Shown: positions 1 through 8,721 of the stretch, piece by piece
How the letters are laid out: each line of letters begins with the position of its first letter
Position numbering within the stretch: the stretch's first letter is position 1
NCBI GenBank assembly: GCA_039794085.1
Contig: JBDIWC010000060.1
Coordinates: 1-20,185 of the forward strand
Source: Gemmatimonadales bacterium
GTDB lineage: Bacteria > Gemmatimonadota > Gemmatimonadetes > Gemmatimonadales > GWC2-71-9
Length of the DNA stretch: 20,185 nt
Direction of reading: 5' to 3'
Made by a program: the position numbers and the translations under genes
Notes under the pieces: model-generated
The model's input: the letters and a program-made list of their open reading frames with translations, nothing else
Database searches by the model: none
What the model was told of the DNA's origin: nothing

Positions 1-185
1 ATCCGGGGCGTCCCCTCGCACCGTGCCGACAACGCCCGATCGACGTGTCTCTCACCCACGCGAAACCCTGAAGAGCCCCAAGTGGGATGCCGTCACAGAC
101 GCCGTCACACGCACGGCCGGAGCGGGTTTCCGGGGGGCGTCCCAAATATTGTTGCCGTTTTGTGTTCAATCTTGTCCGTAAGGGA

Positions 186-905
186 CTATAATTCCCTATT
201 CCCTGTTCCTCCCCGCAGCACGAACACCACCCCGAACGCCAGGATCGCCGCCCCGATCCCGAACCATTGCAGCATGTAGCTCAGGTGCGGACCGTCGTCC
301 AGGGGAGGAGGCGGAACCGGCCGAGGCCAGGTGGGACTCCCGGTGTCGCGCTGAAAGAGGACGTAATATCCCGCCACCAACCCCGGGAGGTGCGCCTTGA
401 GGCCGGTGGCGTTGAGCCGTCGCCACGTGGTGTCCCGCTCCCGCGCGAGCGGCGCGCCGCCATCCGGGTCGTCTGGCAGGCGAAAGAGGTACCCGGAGAT
501 CGTGACGACACCGGAAGGCGGGGGGGTCACCAATCCCGTGTCGAGGGAGGCTGCATCGGGTGAGGGGACGAACCCGCGGTTCACCAGGACCAGACTGTCC
601 TGTCGCGCCGGGCGAAACCCCGACACCAGCATCACGCCCGGGGTGCCATCCTCCACCCGGCCCCGCAGTACGACCCGGACCCCGTCGTCCCAGGTTCCCC
701 GCATGGTCACACGCTGATAGTCCGGCGGAGTGGTCGCGGCGCCGTCGGTCAGATCCACCGGCGGCTGGTCCCGCGCCGCAAGGGCCTGCCGGTTGACCGC
801 TCGGCGCTCCACGAGCCGGTTCCCCTGCCAGACCCCGAGAGCCCATGCCGTTCCGGTCCCGGCCAGGATGACTCCTGCGAGCAGGTATCGTGTCGGGCGT
901 GTCAT
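186..905 (-). CDS. SURF1/Shy1 family membrane protein (heme-copper oxidase assembly)
   Basis: N-terminal TM ending in ALGVWQ..R, central YQRVTMRG, LVLVNRGFVP, C-terminal GPHLSYMLQWF plus a second TM, all typical SURF1 motifs. Start placed at ATG 905 (MTRPTRY...) rather than the ORF-track start at 968. Confidence 0.9.
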   Translation of the reverse strand: MTRPTRYLLAGVILAGTGTAWALGVWQGNRLVERRAVNRQALAARDQPPVDLTDGAATTPPDYQRVTMRGTWDDGVRVVLRGRVEDGTPGVMLVSGFRPARQDSLVLVNRGFVPSPDAASLDTGLVTPPPSGVVTISGYLFRLPDDPDGGAPLARERDTTWRRLNATGLKAHLPGLVAGYYVLFQRDTGSPTWPRPVPPPPLDDGPHLSYMLQWFGIGAAILAFGVVFVLRGGTGNREL

Positions 906-1098
906 CTGAATGCCATCGACTGTCCTCAATTGTGGACGCTTCGGACGTTTCCCCGGGATCAAAGCCAATCATAACATGTTATGGAACAACAGGATGGGGT
1001 GAGCCGCTCCCACGGCCTGTCCCTTGCAATCCCGGGTCGGGTGGGACCGATCTGGACGGCCACCGCTGGCTGGGCTCCTTCACGCAGGGGTGAATCGT

Positions 1099-1710
1099 AT
1101 GCGAATCCGCTGGGTTGTGCTCGCCGCCATCGCTTTCTTCACCGTCGCCGGCAGCGCCGTAGCGCAGGGCAGGCGCGGACTGGTCGATGTGACGCCGAAG
1201 AGTTCCCGCCAGGGGTTCTGGCTCTCCGGAGGCGTTGGCTATGGAGAGGAATCGAACCGCTTTTCCGACGAGTCGGTCTGGACCGAGGGACTCGCCAAGC
1301 CGACCCTCTCCCTTCGCCTGGGCGGCACCCCCGATCCTCATCTCCGGCTGGGAGGTGAGGTGTCGGTGTGGTGGAACACCTTCTTCGACGACGGCATCCA
1401 GGACAACATCACCGAATCCCTGACCTCCTTCACCCTGATCGGACAATTCTATCCGATTCTGAGCAGCGGGTTGTTCATCAAGGGGGGAGCCGGCATCGGC
1501 CGGAGCGCCGCCGAGCCGGAGTTCGGGTCGGGGGTGTCGGAGACCGGGTTTGTCTTCCTGGCGGGCGTCGGGTATGACGTCCCCCTGGGGAGGAAGGTGG
1601 CCCTCACCCCCTCGGTCGACTTCTACCGCCACCGGTTCACCAAGGCCAACGCGCCGACACTCCATGAGCGGCTGTTGCACTTCGGAGTCGGGATCACCAT
1701 CCAGCCCTGA
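1099..1710 (+). CDS. Outer-membrane beta-barrel protein (small, probably 8-stranded)
   Basis: Signal peptide MRIRWVVLAAIAFFTVAGSAVA|Q after a GGGGTGA RBS-like sequence. Amphipathic strands (QFYPILSSGLFIKGGAGIG, FLAGVGYDVPLG, LHFGVGITI). Confidence 0.8.
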   Translation: MRIRWVVLAAIAFFTVAGSAVAQGRRGLVDVTPKSSRQGFWLSGGVGYGEESNRFSDESVWTEGLAKPTLSLRLGGTPDPHLRLGGEVSVWWNTFFDDGIQDNITESLTSFTLIGQFYPILSSGLFIKGGAGIGRSAAEPEFGSGVSETGFVFLAGVGYDVPLGRKVALTPSVDFYRHRFTKANAPTLHERLLHFGVGITIQP

Positions 1711-1731
1711 GGAGCCGCCCCCGCCGCCCAG

Positions 1732-1779
1732 ATGCGACACGGGCCATCCCCGAATAACTGGAGATGGCCCGCGTGGCAT
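1732..1779. terminator. GC-rich hairpin between convergent genes (possible bidirectional terminator or stabiliser)
   Basis: ATGCGACACGGGCCATC ... GATGGCCCGCGTGGCAT forms a 17-bp stem with 2 mismatches. No U-tract. Confidence 0.4.
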
Positions 1780-1794
1780 GTCACCCGCGTGGCG

Positions 1795-4700
1795 CTACGG
1801 AGTGGGGGCGACCAGGCCGCCGGGAAGCGGGGGCACCGCCACCCGGAGCGGATGCCGCGTCACCCGATCCCCGATCCGGACGGTGACCAGGTACGTGCCC
1901 GGCTCCGCCGTGGGAGGAGGGCCGCCTCCACCGGGGAGGAGTCCCTGGATCGCCTGGAAGCCGCCCAGGGCCTGAATGACCTGTCGGCGGACAGCACCCG
2001 GTCCACCACCACCGGGGCCTCCGCGGACCACCGGCCCTTCTGCGGGCCGCTCCTGGAACGGCGGTGTGCCGAGAACCGGGGCCCCGCCGCCCCCTCCGAA
2101 GCCGCCCCCGCCCCCGCCCCCGCCTCCCCCGAATCCGAGATTGCCGCTCAGGAACTGGGTGCGGATGGAGTCCAACTGAGCCCGGTCAACCCCGGACTCC
2201 ACGAGGGAATCGGTGATACGCGTCAGCATCTCGCCGAGGCGAACCTGGGCCCGGGTCGGTTCTTCCCCGCCCCCCCCGGAGGTTCGGCGAGGCGTCCCCT
2301 GGAAGTTCCAGGTGACGCGATGCCATCCGGCGCTCGCGGGACCGGTCAGGGTCCGCACCGTGTCGCCCAGGGCGTCGGTGATGGCGATCTGCACCCGTCC
2401 CCGTCCCCCCTCCTTGACGTAGTACGCGATCTCGGCGCCGAAGGGGGGAGACTGGGAGCGGAAGATGTTCTGGCCCCGGTTGTCGCCGCTGCCGGGCGCG
2501 TCATCGAGCCGGCGGTGGATCTGCCAGCCCGTCTTCGGCGCGAACACATGCGACCCGGCGGCCAGCACGGCCGGGGTGAGTTGCTGCAAGGGGGCGATGT
2601 CCACGATCCAGATCGCCCGGCCATGGGTGCCGGCCACGAGTTCGGCGTCGCGCGGGTGAACCTTGAGATCGTGTACCGGGACCGCGGGCATGCCGGTCAT
2701 GAACCGCTGCCAATGGCCCCCGCGGTCGGTCGACACGTAGGCGCCGACATCGGTTCCCAGGAAGAGCAGGTGGGGGTTGACCGGATCCTCGCGGATCACG
2801 TGCACGAAGTCGGGGCCATCGGACGGGAGGTCCGACGCAATCGAGCGGAAGGTCCGCCCGAAGTCCTCGGTCAGGTAGACAAAGGGACGGAAGTCTCCAT
2901 TCCGATGGTTGTCGAAGGTCACATAGAAGCGGAGCGAGTCGTGGGGCGACGGCTCGATCCGGCTCACGTAGGCGAACTCCGGCACGCCGGGGAAACGTCC
3001 GGTGAGGTCATCCCAGGCCCCGCCGTCATTGCGGGTGACCCAGACCTTCCCGTCGTCGGTCCCGGCCAGGAGCCACCCCGGCTGCAGGGGAGATTCGGCG
3101 AGGGACACGATGGTCCCGTAGGTTTCCGCCTGGGTCACGTCCGGCGTGATGCCGCCCGTGGTGCGGGTACTGACCCGGATCTTCATCGTATCCGCCCGGG
3201 ACAGGTCGGGCGAGATGGGATACATCTCGTCGCCCTGTTTGGTGGACTTGAACACCCGGTTGGCCCCCATGTAGAGCGTCATCCGGTTGTGCGGGGAGAT
3301 GAAGAACGGGGTGTTCCAGTTCCAGCGAAGCTGGAGAGCCGCCGAGTCCGCGGTGGCGCGGGCCCGGAGGGCGGCGATCTGCCGCTGCTGGTCCCGGGTG
3401 GCGGGGCGTGTGGTGTCGCCCCGGAGGGAGGCGATCGAGTCCATGAGACGTTGGTACCCGGGACGCCACGAGGGTTTCTGGAGCCCCTGGCGCTGGCCGG
3501 TGCGGACATCGAGGCGCCCGATGTTGCCACCTTGCGACTCGCTGTAGATGATGTTGGGGTCCACCGGGTCCTGCGCCGTGACGAATCCGTCGCCTCCGCT
3601 CACATTGACCCAGTGACTGTTGGTGATCGATCCCTGCCGGAGCCGGCTCGGACCACACCAGCTTCCGTTGTCCTGGAGCCCGCCGCACACGTTGTACGGC
3701 ACCGCCATGTCGACGCTGATGTTGTAGAACTGACCGATGGCAAAGGTGTTGGCAAAGACATAGTTCCCCCCGCGGTCGAAACTGATCCCCACGCCCCCGT
3801 CATTGCCCACCACCATGAATTCGGGGTCGGTCGGGTCGATCCACATCGCATGGTGGTCCACGTGCAGGCCCTGGGTGGCGGTGCGGACCGTGGTGCCGCC
3901 GTCCTCCGACAGGCTCACCGGGGTGCTCGACCAGTAGACCCGGTTCTCATCCTTCGGATCCACCCGGACCTGGGAGTAGTAGAAGGGCCGGACGTTCTGT
4001 GACGCCTTCTTCTCCCAGGTGGCCCCGCCATCGGCCGATCGGTAGAGGCCGCTGGGACGGGTCTGGGCCCCGGCGGGGGCGTCAGAGGGGCGGGGGATGA
4101 TCGTGTCCGCCTCGACGATGGTGTACATGATGGCGGGATTGCTGGCAGCGATCGCGATGCCGATGCGCCCCTTCATCGTCTCCGGGAATCCACCACCCCG
4201 GACCTCGGTCCAGGTGGTGCCCGCATCGGTGGATTTCCAGAGGGCGCTTCCGGGACCACCGCTCTGCAGGAAATAGGGCCCCCGCACCCGCTCCCAGCTC
4301 GCGGCGAAGAGGGTGTTCGGATCGGTGGGGTGCATCACCAGGTCCACGAACCCGGCCTTGTCGCTGATGAACTTGATCTGCTGCCAGGTCCGGCCTCCGT
4401 CGGTCGTCTTGTACAGCCCGCGCTCGGGATTGGAGCGCCAGATGGCACCGAGAGCCGCCACGTAGACAATGTCGGGATTGGTGGGATGGACCACGATGCG
4501 GGCGATCGTTTCCGTTTCCTTGAGGCCCATGAAGGTCCAGGTGAGGCCCCCGTCGGTGGACTTGTAGATGCCCCCGCCCGGCGAGATCGAGTTCCGGCTG
4601 TCCTCCTCTCCGGTCCCGGCCCAGACGATGTCGGGATTGCTGGGTGCAATCGCCAGATCCCCCATCGAGGCCACTCGCTGTCCGTTGAAGACCTCGCGGA

Positions 4701-4950
4701 AGGTGGTGCCGGCATTGGTGGTTTTCCAGATGCCCCCGGTGGCGGCGGCCACGTAGAAGGTGTGGGTCCCCGGAATGCCCTCCACATCGGTGATGCGCCC
4801 GCTCATGTTGGCCGGCCCGATGGAGCGCCAGGGAAGGCCCGCGAGGAAGGCGGAATCAAGAGGTGTGGAGACCTGGGCGGAGAGAGGAGTGGTCAGGAGG
4901 GCGGCCAGGAGACCCATGGCCCGCAGGGTACGAACCCGGTGACGCGGCAT
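1795..4950 (-). CDS. Secreted BNR/Asp-box repeat beta-propeller protein (sortilin/Vps10-like, often annotated glycosyl hydrolase) with C-terminal FlgD-Ig-like domain
   Basis: Signal peptide ending LSA|Q, then WRSIGPANMSGRI. About 11 Asp-boxes (e.g. YKSTDGGLTW, YKTTDGGRTW, YRSADGGATW, YLTEDFGRTF), GGLQDNGSWCGPS, and a C-terminal ITDALGDTVRTL...HRVTWN...PGTYLVTV split by a Gly-rich insert. Confidence 0.88.
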   Translation of the reverse strand: MPRHRVRTLRAMGLLAALLTTPLSAQVSTPLDSAFLAGLPWRSIGPANMSGRITDVEGIPGTHTFYVAAATGGIWKTTNAGTTFREVFNGQRVASMGDLAIAPSNPDIVWAGTGEEDSRNSISPGGGIYKSTDGGLTWTFMGLKETETIARIVVHPTNPDIVYVAALGAIWRSNPERGLYKTTDGGRTWQQIKFISDKAGFVDLVMHPTDPNTLFAASWERVRGPYFLQSGGPGSALWKSTDAGTTWTEVRGGGFPETMKGRIGIAIAASNPAIMYTIVEADTIIPRPSDAPAGAQTRPSGLYRSADGGATWEKKASQNVRPFYYSQVRVDPKDENRVYWSSTPVSLSEDGGTTVRTATQGLHVDHHAMWIDPTDPEFMVVGNDGGVGISFDRGGNYVFANTFAIGQFYNISVDMAVPYNVCGGLQDNGSWCGPSRLRQGSITNSHWVNVSGGDGFVTAQDPVDPNIIYSESQGGNIGRLDVRTGQRQGLQKPSWRPGYQRLMDSIASLRGDTTRPATRDQQRQIAALRARATADSAALQLRWNWNTPFFISPHNRMTLYMGANRVFKSTKQGDEMYPISPDLSRADTMKIRVSTRTTGGITPDVTQAETYGTIVSLAESPLQPGWLLAGTDDGKVWVTRNDGGAWDDLTGRFPGVPEFAYVSRIEPSPHDSLRFYVTFDNHRNGDFRPFVYLTEDFGRTFRSIASDLPSDGPDFVHVIREDPVNPHLLFLGTDVGAYVSTDRGGHWQRFMTGMPAVPVHDLKVHPRDAELVAGTHGRAIWIVDIAPLQQLTPAVLAAGSHVFAPKTGWQIHRRLDDAPGSGDNRGQNIFRSQSPPFGAEIAYYVKEGGRGRVQIAITDALGDTVRTLTGPASAGWHRVTWNFQGTPRRTSGGGGEEPTRAQVRLGEMLTRITDSLVESGVDRAQLDSIRTQFLSGNLGFGGGGGGGGGGFGGGGGAPVLGTPPFQERPAEGPVVRGGPGGGGPGAVRRQVIQALGGFQAIQGLLPGGGGPPPTAEPGTYLVTVRIGDRVTRHPLRVAVPPLPGGLVAPTP

Positions 4951-5049
4951 GCGGCTAGCTCACGGAATGGGGAAGAGAGGTCGGACGACTCTGGTACGCA
5001 GGGGAGGGGTGCTCTGTTGACTGAAACCACCAGAAGGGTGACATGAAAC

Positions 5050-5417
5050 CACGAAAAGGCACGAAAAACACGAAAAAAAATAGGGGCTCATCCGGGTTTT
5101 GTATGGGTGAGAATGGGTGAGGGGAACCTCAACCCGCCATTTCCAGGGGCTCTTCATGCCCTCTTGAATTCGGAGGAAGGTGAGGGCCGGTGGCCAAGGC
5201 GGGGAGGGGCAGGGCCACAAGAAGCACAAAAGGCACACAAGGCACACGAAGCACGAGATCCCACGGAGGGGCTCGCTGTCCCCCACGCCGACTCGCTCGG
5301 GACCGGTGGGGTAGTGTTCCATCTGTGTCATCGCTGTCATCCGTGGTTTCTTCCGGGGGGAAGTGAGGCGCTCCGGCGCTCCGGTCGGCGGCTTTGTGCC
5401 TTTTGTGTTTTTTTGTG
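5050..5417. repeat. Degenerate 9-10 nt periodic repeat arrays in direct and inverted orientation
   Basis: CACGAAAA.. x3 (5050-5077). CACAAGAAG/CACAAAAGG/CACACAAGG/CACACGAAG/CACGAGATC (5216-5260). ATCTGTGTC/ATCGCTGTC/ATCCGTGGT (5321-5347). Reverse-complement array CTTTGTG/CCTTTTGTG/TTTTTTTGTG (5392-5417). Confidence 0.75.
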
Positions 5418-5418
5418 G

Positions 5419-5447
5419 TTGACCGCTAAGCCCTTCTCGGCTATACT
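5419..5447 (+). promoter_or_regulatory. Sigma70-type promoter for the tRNA pair
   Basis: TTGACC (5419-5424), 17 nt, TATACT (5442-5447), followed by a GC-rich discriminator-like CCCGCGCC. tRNA-Leu starts at 5461. Confidence 0.85.
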
Positions 5448-5460
5448 TTTCCCGCGCCAC

Positions 5461-5542
5461 GCCCTGGTGGTGAAACTGGTAGACACGCTATCTTGAGGGG
5501 GTAGTGCCGAAAGGCGTCGCGGTTCGAATCCGCGCCAGGGCA
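5461..5542 (+). tRNA. tRNA-Leu (GAG)
   Basis: Acceptor GCCCTGG/CCAGGGC, anticodon arm CTATC-TTGAGGG-GGTAG, long variable arm GCCGAAAGGC, T-loop GGTTCGAATCC. CCA not encoded. Confidence 0.96.
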
Positions 5543-5550
5543 TCGCAGGT

Positions 5551-5622
5551 GCCACTGTAGCTCAGCGGTAGAGCTCTCGATTCGTAATCGAGTGGTCGTC
5601 GGTTCGATTCCGACCAGTGGCT
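5551..5622 (+). tRNA. tRNA-Thr (CGT)
   Basis: Acceptor GCCACTG/CAGTGGC, D arm GCTC/GAGC, anticodon arm CTCGA-TTCGTAA-TCGAG, T arm GTCGG-TTCGATT-CCGAC. CCA not encoded. Confidence 0.96.
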
Positions 5623-5700
5623 CTCCCCCCCGATGTGAGTGTCGTGGCGTGCCCCCTCGACCGAGGCACGATATTCTGATCCCTGATCCCGCCGGTCGCA

Positions 5701-5718
5701 GTGTCACCCGCTGGTCAT
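5701..5718 (+). promoter_or_regulatory. Possible Pho-box-like site upstream of the polyphosphate operon
   Basis: GTGTCAC-CCGC-TGGTCAT: two GTCA(C/T) half-sites in 11-nt phase, resembling CTGTCAT-N4-CTGTCAC. About 80 nt upstream of the first gene. Confidence 0.3.
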
Positions 5719-5798
5719 TTCGGGAACCGCCGTCAGGGGGGGGAGCGTTCTCGGGGAGTGCCGGGCGGTCACACCGCACACCGGCAGGAGAGGGCTCT

Positions 5799-6713
5799 GT
5801 GTTGAAACCGCTGCATTACCTCGTGTTCCCCGCCGAATCCCCCGGGATCACGATCACGATCTACTATCTCTTCGTCATTCTCCTCGGGTGGCTGGTCCTG
5901 TGGCTGGTGCCCGACCTTCGCGGCGTCGTGTCGGGAGAGCGCCTGGCCGAGCTCGGCCGCACCGGCATCGAGTTCTCCTTCACCAATCCGAGTGCCGCCG
6001 CCCCCGGTCAATGGCTCTCGTGGCAGTTCGCCCTGTCACTCGGCGCCTCGATGGTCGGCGCCTTCCTCCTGATGATCCCGGCCACCTGGGTCTACATGGC
6101 CACCCGCCGCCGGAAGGGGTTCGACCAGAGCATCGTGCACACCATGGTCATCCTCGCCGTGGCCGTGTCGGGGGTGGTGGTGATCGTTCGAAACAGCGTG
6201 GCGTTGGCGTTCAGTCTGGCCGGCATTGTCGGAGCCGTCCGGTTCCGCCAGTCCCTGCAGGACACGCGCGACACCCTCTACATCTTCCTGTCCATCGGCG
6301 TGGGGCTCGCGGCCGGGGCCGAGGTGCTCGCGGCGGCGGCGGTGTTCTCCGCGGTGTTCAACTATCTGGTTCTGACCCTCTGGCGGGCGGACTACGGCCT
6401 CTGCGAGATCGGCACCCGGGCGGCCCATGTGCTCTACACCCGGGGAGAGGATCCCGCGGAGGCCAAGAAGGGGGGGCAGTTCAACGCGGTGCTGCTGGTG
6501 CGAACCCGGGATCCCGCGCAGGCCAAGAGCGCGGTGGAACCGTTGCTGGCCAAGCAACTCAAGCGGTGGCGTCTGGCCGAGGAGGACGTTCACGGCGAGG
6601 AAACGATCCTCAAATATCTCATCCGGCTCCGCAAGAGTGCCAAGCCGGGGGATGTCGAGGATGCGGTCCTCGTGGTCGGCGGTCCGTCCGTGATCGGAGC
6701 GAAGATTCATTGA
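5799..6713 (+). CDS. DUF4956-like integral membrane protein with C-terminal ACT-like domain
   Basis: Motif SVALAFSLAGIVGAVRFR...DTRDTLYIFLSIGVGLAAG typical of DUF4956, multiple TM helices. RBS GGAGAGG before GTG 5799 (TTG 5802 is an alternative start). Confidence 0.82.
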   Translation: MLKPLHYLVFPAESPGITITIYYLFVILLGWLVLWLVPDLRGVVSGERLAELGRTGIEFSFTNPSAAAPGQWLSWQFALSLGASMVGAFLLMIPATWVYMATRRRKGFDQSIVHTMVILAVAVSGVVVIVRNSVALAFSLAGIVGAVRFRQSLQDTRDTLYIFLSIGVGLAAGAEVLAAAAVFSAVFNYLVLTLWRADYGLCEIGTRAAHVLYTRGEDPAEAKKGGQFNAVLLVRTRDPAQAKSAVEPLLAKQLKRWRLAEEDVHGEETILKYLIRLRKSAKPGDVEDAVLVVGGPSVIGAKIH

Positions 6714-7579
6714 GCTTGCAGTTGCTGGTTGTCTCGGCTCTCGCCCTGGTTGGCTCCGGTCTACCGACGGCCCGCGATTCGGTCGGGGTTGAAACGGATC
6801 CTCTGCTCCCGGCCTGCCGGTGGACGGGCCCCGGGGTGGTGCGAAGTTCATTGCACCGGGTGCTCGAGGAGATCTCGGGACTGGCGGCCACTTCGGCGGG
6901 AACGCTCCTCGCCCACGATGATGAGCGGCCCGTGGTGCACGAGATCGACCCCCGGGATGGCGCGATCCTCCGCTCCTGGGCGATGCGCGGGGTGGGGCGG
7001 GTGGATCTCGAAGGGGTCGCGCTGGCCGAGGACAAAGTCTTCCTCATCACCAGCGACGGGATTCTGTTCGAGACCCGGGTGGCGCAGGATGGCGCGACGA
7101 TCCCGGCCACAGCGCTGGACACCCGGCTCGGGAGGCTCTGCGAGATCGAGGGACTGGCCTGGGACCCCGGGGACCGTGTGCTCCTCATCGCCTGCAAGAA
7201 CCCGCGGGCGCGCGGGCTCCGGGATCAGGTGACGATCTTTCGTTGGTCCGTCGACGAGCCCGGGTTGGAGATGCGGCGTCCCCATCTGGCCATTCCTCTC
7301 CCCGCGGTTCTCGATGTGGTGGGAGGGAAGCGGTTCCGGCCGAGCGGGATCGATCGGGACCCCCGAACCGGTCATTACCTGCTGGTGTCGGGACCCGATC
7401 ACGCCCTGGTCGAAATGACTCCGGAAGGAACGGTCGTCGCGGGGGTGTCCCTGAATCGACGCGATCACCCCCAGGCCGAGGGTGTGGCGGTTCTCCCCGG
7501 TCGCCGGGTGGCCATCTCGGACGAGCGGGCCGGCGGGAACCGATCGGGGACGCTGACCGTTTATCCCTGCGGAACATGA
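6710..7579 (+). CDS. Secreted SdiA-regulated/YjiK-like beta-propeller protein
   Basis: TTG start overlaps the upstream stop (TTGA). Hydrophobic N-terminus. Blade motifs EISGLA, AHDDE, DLEGVA, EIEGLAWD, RPSGI, QAEGVA, ISDE. Confidence 0.8.
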   Translation: MSLQLLVVSALALVGSGLPTARDSVGVETDPLLPACRWTGPGVVRSSLHRVLEEISGLAATSAGTLLAHDDERPVVHEIDPRDGAILRSWAMRGVGRVDLEGVALAEDKVFLITSDGILFETRVAQDGATIPATALDTRLGRLCEIEGLAWDPGDRVLLIACKNPRARGLRDQVTIFRWSVDEPGLEMRRPHLAIPLPAVLDVVGGKRFRPSGIDRDPRTGHYLLVSGPDHALVEMTPEGTVVAGVSLNRRDHPQAEGVAVLPGRRVAISDERAGGNRSGTLTVYPCGT

Positions 7580-8721
7580 CTCGCATTCATCGAGGGTTTT
7601 CTGCGATCACAATGGTGATCGCCGCGTGCACGTATGCACGGCCACTCCCGCCCGTCCCGGACGATCGACCCCCGGTGGCGGATCTGGCCTTCCGGCTCTT
7701 TCTCATCGGGGACGCAGGTGCCCCCTCGAGCTCCGACCCGGTGCTGCGTCACCTGGGCCAATCCCTCGCCGAAGCGCCGGAGCGGAGCCAGGCGATCTTC
7801 CTGGGCGACAACATCTATCCCCGCGGGCTCCCTGGACCGGGAGACCCGGACCGGGCCGAGGCGGAACGACGGCTGGCGGTGCAGGTGGACGCCGTGAAAG
7901 AGGCGGGAGCGGGAGCGGTCTTCGTGCCCGGCAACCACGACTGGGACAAGCATGGTCCCGAGGGATGGGACGCGATCCGGCGCCAGGCCGAGTTCATTCA
8001 GGATCGGGGAGGGTCGGCGATTTCGCTGTCCCCTGCGGGCGGGTGCCCCGGTCCTGTGGTGCGGGATTGGCCCCGGCTTCGGGTCATCTTCCTCGACACG
8101 CAGTGGTGGCTCCACGGGAACGCCCGGCCCGACGGCCCCGAGGATGGGTGCCCCACGTGGACCGAGGCCCAGGTGGCCGACTCGCTCCGGGGTGCTGTGG
8201 CCACCGCAGGTGACCGTCGGGTCGTGGTGACGACCCATCACCCGCTCGCCTCCGGAGGGGAGCATGGGGGCCACTTCGGCTGGACCCGGCACGTCTTCCC
8301 TTTCCGGGCCCTGAAGTCGTGGGCCTGGGTTCCGCTCCCGATCATCGGGTCGCTCTATCCCGCGATTCGGGCCTCGGGAGTGTCCGACCAGGACATCCCG
8401 GGGTCGGGAAACCGCCACATGCGGGAGGTGCTCGCCGCCGCCGTGGCGGAGCACCCCCCGCTGGTCTGGGCCGCCGGGCATGAGCACAATCTCCAGGTGA
8501 TCCGGGGAACGGTGGCGCGGCACCTTCTGGTGAGCGGGTCGGGGTACTTCGGCCATGGAGGTTTTGCCCAGTGGAGCGACTCCACGGTGTATGCCAGTGA
8601 CCGGAGCGGATACATGCGGCTGGACGTGCTGCCCGATGGGCGGGTGCGGCTGGCGGTAGTCGCCGTGGACAAAGAGGGAAACGGACGTGAGGCCTTTGCC
8701 GAATGGCTCGAGCATGAGTAA
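7576..8721 (+). CDS. Calcineurin-like metallophosphoesterase (purple acid phosphatase-like), probable lipoprotein
   Basis: ATGA overlap with the upstream stop. Lipobox-like VIAAC. Metal-binding motifs IGDAG, LGDNIY, PGNHDW, HHP, AGHEH. Confidence 0.9.
   Translation: MTRIHRGFSAITMVIAACTYARPLPPVPDDRPPVADLAFRLFLIGDAGAPSSSDPVLRHLGQSLAEAPERSQAIFLGDNIYPRGLPGPGDPDRAEAERRLAVQVDAVKEAGAGAVFVPGNHDWDKHGPEGWDAIRRQAEFIQDRGGSAISLSPAGGCPGPVVRDWPRLRVIFLDTQWWLHGNARPDGPEDGCPTWTEAQVADSLRGAVATAGDRRVVVTTHHPLASGGEHGGHFGWTRHVFPFRALKSWAWVPLPIIGSLYPAIRASGVSDQDIPGSGNRHMREVLAAAVAEHPPLVWAAGHEHNLQVIRGTVARHLLVSGSGYFGHGGFAQWSDSTVYASDRSGYMRLDVLPDGRVRLAVVAVDKEGNGREAFAEWLEHE

Noticed and set aside
89..109. GCCGTCACA direct repeat resembling a Pho box
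   Set aside because: The period is 12 nt rather than 11, and the downstream gene is outside the window, so it cannot be interpreted.
186..905. SURF1 gene apparently without neighbouring oxidase genes
   Set aside because: The context to the left is cut off by the window, and isolated SURF1 genes are not unusual.
1732..4002. 756-aa plus-strand ORF
   Set aside because: Antisense shadow of the BNR protein in high-GC DNA, with no recognisable motifs.
4960..5496. ORFs 4960-5460 (-) and 5107-5496 (+)
   Set aside because: They translate the periodic repeat arrays and run into the tRNA promoter or gene. No credible protein features.
5592..5798. N-terminal extension of the DUF4956 ORF in the ORF track (and the similar extensions from 5888, 7243 and 17635)
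   Set aside because: The first three overlap a tRNA or upstream genes and better starts with an RBS or stop-start coupling exist downstream. The 17635 extension has no ATG before 17881.
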